The translations under genes and the position numbers were made by a program. From the NCBI GenBank assembly GCA_964421635.1, contig CAYQWZ010000003.1, positions 1,712-65,711 on the forward strand: 64,000 nt of DNA, given 5' to 3'. Of the stretch, positions 55,987 to 64,000 are shown one piece after another. The notes beneath the pieces are model-generated. The model did no database searches. It worked only from the letters and a program-made list of their open reading frames with translations, and had not been told where the DNA came from. How positions within the stretch are numbered: position 1 is the first letter of the stretch; the number at the start of each line of letters is the position of its first letter. The stretch is from an uncultured Candidatus Saccharibacteria bacterium. Its GTDB lineage: Bacteria > Patescibacteriota > UBA1384 > CAILIB01 > JAUSJZ01.

Positions 55987-56069
55987 AATTCTTTAATACT
56001 TCTTTAATCCTATTTCTACTGTTTTTATTGTAGCGCACCTAAACTAGCAGAAACTAGCTTAATTTTCAA

Positions 56070-57689
56070 TTATTTACGGCGGCGGCCAATAATTTTGTGA
56101 AGAACATCTCTTGCTAATCCTAAAAAGAACAACTTTGATGATAGGCCAAAATTATCTGTTTGTCTTTTAATTGTGTTTGCGTAAAATGTAGGCAATTGTT
56201 TTATAGGAACAGATCTACCAAAGAGAACTCCTAAATGATATTTAAAATCTTCATCAATATTTTGGTCAGCTAATTTTGTCAAATGGGAAGAGATCACAAT
56301 GTTTATATTTTTAGCCCAAAGTTGAGTAGAAGTATTGAATCCTAATATAGCAGGATTATTTCCAAGCGCTGGTGCGAATACTAGATAGTCAACTAAATCG
56401 CGTCTAATAATGGTAGCGCTTAAATTAATTATTGAAGATGCATGTGGGTCATACTGTTTATTAGTCTTGCTGGTGTTATCTAAGTTCCAATAACTAGCAT
56501 CATGATTGTATGACCCTGAAGTAGCAGACAGAATTTTTAAGTGACCTCCATAAAACTCAGCTATAGCGGTAGCGATATAGCTATCTAATTTATTCTTGGC
56601 ATTAAAGATAAAAGCGTTTGAGGATAATGAACGAAAAGATGAATTTAGGTTATTGCTCAATTCATCTACTGGTTTTAAAATTGTATTTTTAAGCTGCTTC
56701 GAATTCGCTATTAATTCATAGGCTGCTTCGTTTTTTGGAATTAAAATTGTTTGTGTAAATTCAAGATTATATTTATCACAAAAAAATCTAAATTGCTCCA
56801 CTTCTTGTGTTTTTTCAATATTAAAAAGGATTAAAGAGAGTGGTAGATAAATTATTAATCCTTTTTTATCAGAAAGTTTCTTAGAGTAATTTTTAGGAAT
56901 GCTAAATTGAGTTTTACATTTTTTTGAACGGTACAGCCTGACGGCACCTTCTTCAAATCCTATATGAATAGCCTTAATTGACCAATCTAGCATCAAAAAT
57001 TTGCCCATTCTGTTGATGTTGTAGCCGGCCATCACATCTTGCCCCCGCTCCTCAGAAGATTCAAAGTAGTGAACTCTTAAAAAATCTTTTGAATAGAAGG
57101 TAAAACCAGTGGCCGCAGAGCCGATGCTCTCAACGCCGTAATCTTTCTCTTCTTCTTTTTGAACTTGAGTAGATTCTAACAGCCCCTTGTAGTTTGGCAG
57201 TAGCTGCTCTTTAGGCCAGTGCCAAATTAGTAATTCGTTTGCCCAGTCAGGATTTCTTGAGTATTGAGTAACAGTGGCTGAATAAATATCGCTTGACCAA
57301 TTGAATGTTTTTATTAATTTATAGTAGGCGTCGTTTGGTACTAGTATGTCGTCCTCCCACAAGAGTGCGTCTCCGTCTATCATGCCAAAAAGTATTCTCA
57401 TGGTTTCGCTGACAGATTTTCGTTTAGTGAGAAAATCTTTAGAATCTAGTCGGGGCATGTCAATTAAATTAGGATATTTCTTGTCAATTTTATTGACATA
57501 TCGGCAAGACCTAAATTTTGGCCCTTCTTCAACTAAAGTCTTTTTCAAAAGATTGCTTATCTCTTCGCTCTCACTTAGGTCGAGCCACAACAAATCAATG
57601 CTGTGGCGAGGCATTTTGAGATTTTTAAAATTCTCTATCCATAAAGGAATAGCGTAAGGTTTGTTTGTAAAAGGAGTTACTAAGTTCAT
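56070..57689 (-). CDS. GT-A-fold glycosyltransferase-like protein
   Basis: LWEDD (DxD-like), GQDV, DWS...H; paralogous to the C-terminal two-thirds of 58259..60751. Confidence 0.65.
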   Translation of the reverse strand: MNLVTPFTNKPYAIPLWIENFKNLKMPRHSIDLLWLDLSESEEISNLLKKTLVEEGPKFRSCRYVNKIDKKYPNLIDMPRLDSKDFLTKRKSVSETMRILFGMIDGDALLWEDDILVPNDAYYKLIKTFNWSSDIYSATVTQYSRNPDWANELLIWHWPKEQLLPNYKGLLESTQVQKEEEKDYGVESIGSAATGFTFYSKDFLRVHYFESSEERGQDVMAGYNINRMGKFLMLDWSIKAIHIGFEEGAVRLYRSKKCKTQFSIPKNYSKKLSDKKGLIIYLPLSLILFNIEKTQEVEQFRFFCDKYNLEFTQTILIPKNEAAYELIANSKQLKNTILKPVDELSNNLNSSFRSLSSNAFIFNAKNKLDSYIATAIAEFYGGHLKILSATSGSYNHDASYWNLDNTSKTNKQYDPHASSIINLSATIIRRDLVDYLVFAPALGNNPAILGFNTSTQLWAKNINIVISSHLTKLADQNIDEDFKYHLGVLFGRSVPIKQLPTFYANTIKRQTDNFGLSSKLFFLGLARDVLHKIIGRRRK

Positions 57690-58252
57690 TTCTTAATTGC
57701 AACCAAAAAACCGCGGCGAATTAGCTTTCTATCCCATTTATTAATTAAGACATCGATAGTCGTTTTTACATCTGGCCAAGCCTTTCTATCGTAATCGTGC
57801 CAAGCCAAATAGCCCCCTTTGGGAAGTTTGTCCCAAGCCCATATACTTTGCATCAGAACCTGATCAACCGTGTGACCAGCGTCAATGAAAATTAATCCCC
57901 ATTGGCCCCCTAAAGTTGGCAGTAAAGTTTTAATATCTTGTTTTATTGAGATCACACTTTTATCTAATCCTCTAGTAGTCAGGTTCTGCCAAAAGTCTAG
58001 ATAAGTATCTTTGATAATATGATCATTAGTCCAGTCGGTAGCATTTTGGGGAAAGTAATCACAGGCTATGACTAATCCTTCAGATTCTTGCATAGCCAAA
58101 GCTAAAACTATAGTTGATTTGCCAACAAAACTGCCTAATTCCAAAACTCGATTAATTGGTGCGTCTTGGGCTAATTCATAAAGGAAGGGAATTTCATCTT
58201 TTTCAATGCCTGCGGTTATGCCTTCTAATAATTTGTCAAAATTAATATCCAT
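57686..58252 (-). CDS. Class I SAM-dependent methyltransferase (Methyltransf_24-like)
   Basis: VLELGSFVGKST, LIFIDAGH, GG.LAWHDY. Confidence 0.88.
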   Translation of the reverse strand: MDINFDKLLEGITAGIEKDEIPFLYELAQDAPINRVLELGSFVGKSTIVLALAMQESEGLVIACDYFPQNATDWTNDHIIKDTYLDFWQNLTTRGLDKSVISIKQDIKTLLPTLGGQWGLIFIDAGHTVDQVLMQSIWAWDKLPKGGYLAWHDYDRKAWPDVKTTIDVLINKWDRKLIRRGFLVAIKK

Positions 58253-58258
58253 AGTAAA

Positions 58259-60751
58259 TTAACTAGTAGCTTCTTTTTCTGATGGTGAAGGATACTGCCG
58301 GCGTTTGTTTGGAGCAATAATTCTTAAAATGAAATCAAAAATCACACCTTCCCAAAATAATAGTGTTTGGTAGCTGGTGGTTCGAAAACGATAACGCACA
58401 GTTCGTTTATAAAACCGCAGAATATTTTTTATGGGAATTTCCAGTCCAGCCAGTACACCGAGATGAAAATAGAATTGATTAGGACGATTGCTCATTTGTT
58501 TATTGAGATATGACCCAAAGGCAATAGGAATTTCTAATTGCCAAAGTTGTCGACTTAATTGCCACTCTAATAGGGGCAGATTATCACCTAAGCGTGGTTC
58601 TAAATGAATGAATCCTTTTGTATGTTTAGGTATGGTGACAAACAGTAGACTAACGACTCCTCTTTCTGAAAATGATTCAAAAGAAATAAAAGGTTGAATA
58701 TTTTTCATTGAGTACCAGTCAATTATTTTTTGGTCAAAGATTGATCCAAATTCAGAGATTGCCATATTTAACATTGAAGGCAGAAACAAATGCTGATTTT
58801 TGTTTATTATCTGTACTCCTGCATGTACAATCATTGGACAATAATCACTCCAATTTAGTGCTTTAGTAATATTTTCAGCTAAGCTGCTGGGTTGAAATAG
58901 TGAAGTGTTGGTAGGCCAGTTGTGTTGGCGTAATTTTTGGTAAGCGCTTGGGTTTTTTGGCAATAGTATTATTTGTTTTATAAATGAGAAAGAATCAATA
59001 ATCTTTTCTATTTCTTGAATTTCTGTGATGGAATGAATGATTAAAGAGTAATAATTTTCTTCCCTAATAGCGTTAGAATATTGTTGAGAGATTTTATATG
59101 GTTCGTTTGTTTTTAGGGGAATAGATATAGATTGAGCATCAATTTGTAATTGTTGAATATTGTCATAGCATGGAAAAATGGGCATCTTATCTTTTGTAAG
59201 AACTGACTTTGGAGCAATATTATATTTAAAGGGGTGATACTGTTTATAAAAGATTGAATCAGGCTCACTATAAGAATTTGGGGAGAGAATATATACTTGA
59301 CCATCTTGGGCGAGAGCAAAGTGATTGCAGTTAACTGACCAATCCATAAAAAACTTCTTACCGCGTATTAATAAGTCCCAACCGTGAGTAATGTCTGGTC
59401 CGCCCTTGCTGTGATCTTCGGGTAAGTCTTGTCTTAAACGAAACCTATAATTTTGTTTGTACCATGATCCTTTAAGCAGAAGACAAAAAAAACCCCCAGC
59501 ACCAATGCGTACTACGCCGTCACTCTGTGAGACAGGGAAGAGATTCAGAACCTCTCTTTGTTCGTTGAACGCCCAAGCACCAATGGAATATTTTGTTATA
59601 CGAGATCGTTCGACTCCTTGTACAGCTACACAATCAGGGTCGCTGTTGAGTGATTTTTTAAATTTGTGCAATGTGTCAGGTGGGCAGTCAGTGTCATCCT
59701 CTAATATAAACAGGTATGGAGTGGTTAAATTATCAACAAAGTACTGCATCATATCTACAATATGTATATAACGATCAGGGCGATCTTTGGAATCTAAACT
59801 ATCAAGTGAACCCATTATTTTGGGTGTGTGATTGGTCTTAATATGAACACCGTTAATGTGTTGTTTTATACGGTTTGCAAAAGGCAGAAGGTAGGTATCA
59901 AAAAAATGCTTATTATTACTCTGATCATATATTTGTAAATTTAATTTTTCCTTTGGGTAATCAAGCCCTTCTATAGCCCTAAACCATTCGTCAACACAGA
60001 AATAACGGCCAATTGTAGGAGCGCCGATAGTGATTTCCGCATTACTTGCAGTGTCGAGCTGATATTTTTGTTGCAGATATTGAGTTGAATCATCAAGATG
60101 TTTTTTGTTGTGATACTTTCGTAGCTGATTGCGTGCTGCTAATCTGTAATTAAAAAGTTCTTGGTCAATAAAATGATAATTGACACCTCTTTTCATATTG
60201 TTGAGGTGATAATCCCAATCTTCATTACGAATAAGTAGTGCATCCCAAGGTTCAGGTGTGAGGGCAGATCTTTTTATAGCAGAAGCTGTATCTATGCAAG
60301 ACCCCATTTTTAAATCTTCATAAGTATATTGCATTCTATTATATGCACTATAACGATATCTATCTGTATCTCCGATTAAGGAAAAGCGGCTGTAAGTAAC
60401 ATCAATATTAGTTGGTTGATTTGTTAGTAGTGGCTCAACTAGTCTTTGTAATCCGTCAATTTTCCAAGTATTGTCGGCATCAAACCAAACAATAATTTCT
60501 CCTTTAGCTTGAGTAAAGCCAAAATTACGGGCAACATTGGCGTTGCTTTTTTCAAGGCGAAAATATCTAGCGCCAAAATAATCGCAGACTGGCTTAGGAT
60601 TATCGGTTGAAGCATCGTCAACTACAATAATTTCAAAAGAAAAGGTAGTTTTTTGTTTTTTTAAGGAGAATAAACACTCCCATAGAAAATTACGATGGTT
60701 ATAACAAGGAATGATAATGCTGACTATGGGTTTGGTTGTTTTAACATCCAT
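58259..60751 (-). CDS. Multi-domain GT2 glycosyltransferase
   Basis: VSIIIPCYN, IIVVDDASTD, ARN.G, FDAD, EDWDY; second GT-A domain with ILEDD. Confidence 0.9.
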   Translation of the reverse strand: MDVKTTKPIVSIIIPCYNHRNFLWECLFSLKKQKTTFSFEIIVVDDASTDNPKPVCDYFGARYFRLEKSNANVARNFGFTQAKGEIIVWFDADNTWKIDGLQRLVEPLLTNQPTNIDVTYSRFSLIGDTDRYRYSAYNRMQYTYEDLKMGSCIDTASAIKRSALTPEPWDALLIRNEDWDYHLNNMKRGVNYHFIDQELFNYRLAARNQLRKYHNKKHLDDSTQYLQQKYQLDTASNAEITIGAPTIGRYFCVDEWFRAIEGLDYPKEKLNLQIYDQSNNKHFFDTYLLPFANRIKQHINGVHIKTNHTPKIMGSLDSLDSKDRPDRYIHIVDMMQYFVDNLTTPYLFILEDDTDCPPDTLHKFKKSLNSDPDCVAVQGVERSRITKYSIGAWAFNEQREVLNLFPVSQSDGVVRIGAGGFFCLLLKGSWYKQNYRFRLRQDLPEDHSKGGPDITHGWDLLIRGKKFFMDWSVNCNHFALAQDGQVYILSPNSYSEPDSIFYKQYHPFKYNIAPKSVLTKDKMPIFPCYDNIQQLQIDAQSISIPLKTNEPYKISQQYSNAIREENYYSLIIHSITEIQEIEKIIDSFSFIKQIILLPKNPSAYQKLRQHNWPTNTSLFQPSSLAENITKALNWSDYCPMIVHAGVQIINKNQHLFLPSMLNMAISEFGSIFDQKIIDWYSMKNIQPFISFESFSERGVVSLLFVTIPKHTKGFIHLEPRLGDNLPLLEWQLSRQLWQLEIPIAFGSYLNKQMSNRPNQFYFHLGVLAGLEIPIKNILRFYKRTVRYRFRTTSYQTLLFWEGVIFDFILRIIAPNKRRQYPSPSEKEATS

Positions 60752-60883
60752 TATGCAAAAAACATAGTTGTGTACTTAATTATAGCATTATAGAATTTTT
60801 CAAATAGTTCTAAATTGTTAGTTGACAGAATGAGTAAAATAGGATACAAAGAGATTGCTGATCTCAGCGGAAAGGAGCCTCTT

Positions 60884-61816
60884 ATGTTGAGGCTTGGAGC
60901 GAGCATAGCGTCATTTGCTCCGGCTGTAGGATTGCCTCTATGCGGAGCACGCTTTGACGCGGTGGCCTCGTGGCTTGAGAAGATGCGACAAGAACGAGAC
61001 TGGTGGCTGCAAGGATTTCCCTTGCGGGGCTGCGCTGCCAGTGAAGTACGGTTTGATTCGGTCGAAATGCCCTGGTGTGGTATTTCTGAAGAAGAAGGGA
61101 AGCTAGGACATTTTCATTTCAAGCGTGAGTTTTACAGATCATTCAAGCATTGGTTTGAAGCGCAGCTTGTTTTAAAGTTGTACGACAGTCCTGGCAATTG
61201 CATTGAATGGCTGCGGCGACAGTGTAATTCTGATAATCAACAGGAACCAACAATGTCTGCAGCTCGACTGATTATCAACCAGATTCAATATACCGAGTTG
61301 GGGGTGCAGACTTGTAGCACCACATTAGTAGAGGCAGAGCATGTCTGGTTGGAATTGAATTGTAAGGATTCTACTGGTGGGAACGCTAGCATTGCGTACA
61401 GATTATGTAATCAATCGAATGGGGCAACCCAGTTAGTCTTTGACACCCTTCATTTTGCCGAAAGAGAGGCTAGTCTAGGGCAGCCGTATAGTTACAGGGA
61501 AATGACGATGATTGCCCAAAAGCTTGGTCTGGTGCATTGGCAACCCAGTAGAGAAACAGACGATGGTTCAGGCAAGCCTGAAATATGGCGATTACTTGAT
61601 GGCCAGACCACAGAATCGGTAGATCGATTACGGCGATTGCGTGGCGAGTCTCATCTTTATTACCATGCGTTTCGAGTAGCGCCTATTGTCATGGAGCCAT
61701 CTATCTACCACTGGAGACAGCTAGCTGGTCCTAGAAGCTGGCTAAGCGTTGCGTGGGTTCAAAACAAGCTCGTTGAGTGTGCTGAGGCACTTGAACATCA
61801 ATTGACACGCATATGA
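60884..61816 (+). CDS. Hypothetical protein (possibly a degenerate TIM-barrel)
   Basis: TTGACA-17-TACAAA, SD AAGGAG, ATG 60884; VFDTLH and VMEP motifs; terminator 61831-61864. Confidence 0.7.
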   Translation: MLRLGASIASFAPAVGLPLCGARFDAVASWLEKMRQERDWWLQGFPLRGCAASEVRFDSVEMPWCGISEEEGKLGHFHFKREFYRSFKHWFEAQLVLKLYDSPGNCIEWLRRQCNSDNQQEPTMSAARLIINQIQYTELGVQTCSTTLVEAEHVWLELNCKDSTGGNASIAYRLCNQSNGATQLVFDTLHFAEREASLGQPYSYREMTMIAQKLGLVHWQPSRETDDGSGKPEIWRLLDGQTTESVDRLRRLRGESHLYYHAFRVAPIVMEPSIYHWRQLAGPRSWLSVAWVQNKLVECAEALEHQLTRI

Positions 61817-61925
61817 TAGCTACTTGGCAACCCAGCTCACCCTAACGGGGGTGGGCTTTTTTTTACTAGCGTAGTGCAGGATAATTGCTAAATTGAGCTG
61901 TAATTGCTATATTATTTCTGATTAC

Positions 61926-62001
61926 GCGGGAATAGCTCAGTTGATAGAGCGCCACCTTGCCAAGGTGGAAGTCGCGGGTTTAAGTCCCGTTTCCCGCTCC
62001 A
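61926..62001 (+). tRNA. tRNA-Gly(GCC)
   Basis: GCGGGAA acceptor, loop TT-GCC-AA, CCA; atypical D and T loops. Confidence 0.93.
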
Positions 62002-62006
62002 AAAAA

Positions 62007-62321
62007 ATGGCAAAAAAGAGGTCTAGCAAATTGCATAAACATTTAAAGAGACTCTATCGCAACAGCGCGAAAGAGTCTGTTTCGAAAAGCAAAGAAAACA
62101 AAACAGAAAATAAGGCAAAGTCAGACAGTGAGCAAACCGATTCAGCTGGCGAAATTGAAATATTGTCAAAACAAGAAGTTTTGTATTTAAAGCGCGACAT
62201 CACCAAAACCATCATTGCCACTTTAGCTATTGCGGTAGTAATTATTGTCCTTTGGCTGAATCTTTCCAATCCTGCTATTAGCAATTTCATTGACTCAACC
62301 TCAAAGTCGTTCGGTTTTTAA
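62007..62321 (+). CDS. Small basic protein with a C-terminal TM
   Basis: ATG right after tRNA-Gly; YLKRDITKT followed by TM. Confidence 0.7.
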   Translation: MAKKRSSKLHKHLKRLYRNSAKESVSKSKENKTENKAKSDSEQTDSAGEIEILSKQEVLYLKRDITKTIIATLAIAVVIIVLWLNLSNPAISNFIDSTSKSFGF

Positions 62322-62337
62322 CTGATATTATTACTAT

Positions 62338-63171
62338 ATGAAACCAACTGTTATTACGCATGTTCGGCCGCATTTAGATGAAGTTTGTGCTATCTGGATT
62401 ATCCAGAAGTTTTGGACGCATTTTGATCATGCGGATGTTGAGTTTGTGCGCACGGGGCCTTCAGGCGGGGAGCGATGGGAGAATGTTGAGCCTGAAGAGA
62501 ATGATTTCGTAGTTTATGTTGGGGTGGGGCAAGGTAAGTTTGATGAACATAAAGGTGACGATAAAGATTCAGCGGCCAGTTTGGTTTGGACAGAAACGCT
62601 TGAAAAATACAAAGTTCGTAAAGGTGACAAAGAGGCGGTTTCGCGCATTGTTGAATATGTGAAGGATGAAGATATGGGCCAGTATCTTAAACAAAAAAAT
62701 CATGAATTTTCACTGCCCACAATTTTGGCTGGATTATATGTCGACAACAATAAAGATTCGCTAGCGGTTTACGAAATTGGTAAGAAAATGGTTAACGCCC
62801 TTTACATTGAAATGATGAAGCGAATTTCGGCGGAGAAAGATTGGCAGGGCCGCATAGAATTTGAATCGTATTGGGGGCCGGCAGCGGCAGTCGTTTCCGA
62901 TATTCCTGGTGTCGAGCGCATCGCTTACGACGCAGGATTTGTTTTGGTGGTAATTCATAATAATGCGAAGACCTTTCATGGGTTACGAGCAGACCCAGAT
63001 AGTGATGTAGATTTTTCAAAAGCAGCCATGAAGCTGGAACAGATTGAGCCAGAAGCAGATTGGTTTTTACATCAAAGCAAACGCATGCTACTTTGTGGTG
63101 GTGAGATTGCTAAAGGCTCCCAAAGTTCTAATTTATCCCTCGACCAATTAACCGAACTAGTAAAAAAATAA
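62338..63171 (+). CDS. MYG1/UPF0160-like (DHH-superfamily) hydrolase
   Basis: ITH..PHLDE, VG.GKFDEH, WFLH.S..ML.CG. Confidence 0.65.
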   Translation: MKPTVITHVRPHLDEVCAIWIIQKFWTHFDHADVEFVRTGPSGGERWENVEPEENDFVVYVGVGQGKFDEHKGDDKDSAASLVWTETLEKYKVRKGDKEAVSRIVEYVKDEDMGQYLKQKNHEFSLPTILAGLYVDNNKDSLAVYEIGKKMVNALYIEMMKRISAEKDWQGRIEFESYWGPAAAVVSDIPGVERIAYDAGFVLVVIHNNAKTFHGLRADPDSDVDFSKAAMKLEQIEPEADWFLHQSKRMLLCGGEIAKGSQSSNLSLDQLTELVKK

Positions 63172-63258
63172 TCGCTATTTCGCGGCTAGATTAGACAAAA
63201 GCCAACAAATTGGTCAGAATAAAAGTAGCCAAAATGGCGAAAGAAGTAAAGCTACGGC

Positions 63259-63519
63259 ATGGCAGATGAAAATACTAGTTCAGAAGCCCCACAAATACAG
63301 GCAGAAGAGCTAGCTAATGAGAGGATGGAGACCAAGCGGAAAACGTTCTTTTTAGATCTTAAGAAGAACGATAGAGGTATGTTTGTGAAGATATCTGAAC
63401 GGTCAGGCGGTAGACGCTCCACCGTTATGATACCTTACGAGTATCTCGAAGAGTTTATGCAGAAGATGCAAATCCTTAAGGATGCTGGTCCGAAAGACGC
63501 TGAAAAGACCGAAGAATAA
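63259..63519 (+). CDS. PUR-alpha/PurA-repeat ssDNA/RNA-binding protein (DUF3276-like)
   Basis: KTFFLDLKKNDRG.FVKISE.SGG.RS.V.IP. Confidence 0.8.
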   Translation: MADENTSSEAPQIQAEELANERMETKRKTFFLDLKKNDRGMFVKISERSGGRRSTVMIPYEYLEEFMQKMQILKDAGPKDAEKTEE

Positions 63520-63567
63520 TTTATACTGTAGTCAATGCGAGCTTTGTAGCTGACTATGTTAGTGCTT

Positions 63568-63999
63568 TTATTGTTGAGGAGGATTAACTGACTGTTGTGC
63601 ATTAGGTATTGTGGGCTGGGCTTCATTTGGTGGAATTTGATTGTCGGGCACCGGACTGACAGGCATTTGTATTGGTGGTTCGGCTGGCGTTTCATCTTCT
63701 AAGTTCAAATCGTCAATATTTAATTCTGGTAAATCTAAACTTTCAACCGGCTCCTCAGGCTCAACTGGTTTGGCCTGTTTTTCAACTGCATCAGAACTTG
63801 TTGTATTAGAAGCGGCTGTTTTAGTTAGACCAGCCGTCGGAATTGGCCCAACCGGCTCGCCCGCAGTAGCGACTGGCTTATCAAACCGATCATACTTGTC
63901 GTAATCTTCCGCTTCTTCTATATTTTTACCCATTAGTTCTTGTAAATAATCGACATTAACCAGCGCGGCTTTAGGGCGACCATTTTTGGTAATTACAAA
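63568..63999 (-). CDS. Partial CDS: Phd/YefM-type antitoxin domain fused to an acidic Pro-rich tail
   Basis: Frame open to the window end, reading FVITKNGRPKAALVNVDYLQEL into the 121-aa ORF. Confidence 0.65.
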   Translation of the reverse strand, partial: FVITKNGRPKAALVNVDYLQELMGKNIEEAEDYDKYDRFDKPVATAGEPVGPIPTAGLTKTAASNTTSSDAVEKQAKPVEPEEPVESLDLPELNIDDLNLEDETPAEPPIQMPVSPVPDNQIPPNEAQPTIPNAQQSVNPPQQ

Positions 64000-64000
64000 A

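Noticed and set aside
61893-62006. N-terminal extension of the 142-aa ORF
   Set aside because: It is tRNA-Gly sequence; the real start is ATG 62007
1-64000. Alternative genetic code (TGA=Gly, as in Gracilibacteria/Absconditabacteria)
   Set aside because: Conserved genes are full-length under code 11, and TGA ends several ORFs just before terminators

Overview
Chromosomal origin region of an AT-rich, reduced-genome bacterium. Gene content points to Patescibacteria/CPR (inferred), and it uses standard code 11 (TGA acts as stop). The left end holds recF-dnaN-oriC-dnaA; the oriC has a Bacillus-like DnaA-box pair followed by DnaA-trio-like repeats. The rpmH-rnpA-yidD-yidC operon is displaced about 8.5 kb from dnaA and lies on the same strand. 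The main accessory locus is an ~18 kb minus-strand operon (15.2-33.0 kb). It combines prgI and a split virB4 with several cell-wall-enzyme-like proteins (M15-like, 3D+C39, degenerate NlpC/P60, L,D-transpeptidase-like), a beta-propeller protein and a 2294-aa repeat protein; no relaxase or VirD4 is visible in the window. Other genes are pilB, four tandem pilins, comM, a tandem-domain thyX, hppA, rpsA, rpsO-pnp, a DHH phosphoesterase, a membrane-anchored Clp ATPase, oppA-like and secG genes, a glycosyltransferase/methyltransferase trio, a MYG1-like gene, a PUR-domain gene and a truncated Phd/YefM fusion. There are nine tRNAs, including a rare tRNA-Ile(UAU). Several structured ncRNA candidates are present. 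Genes fall into two expression styles: core genes with very short, SD-less leaders and stand-alone orphan genes with strong SD sites. All calls come from reading motifs by eye; no database searches were run.
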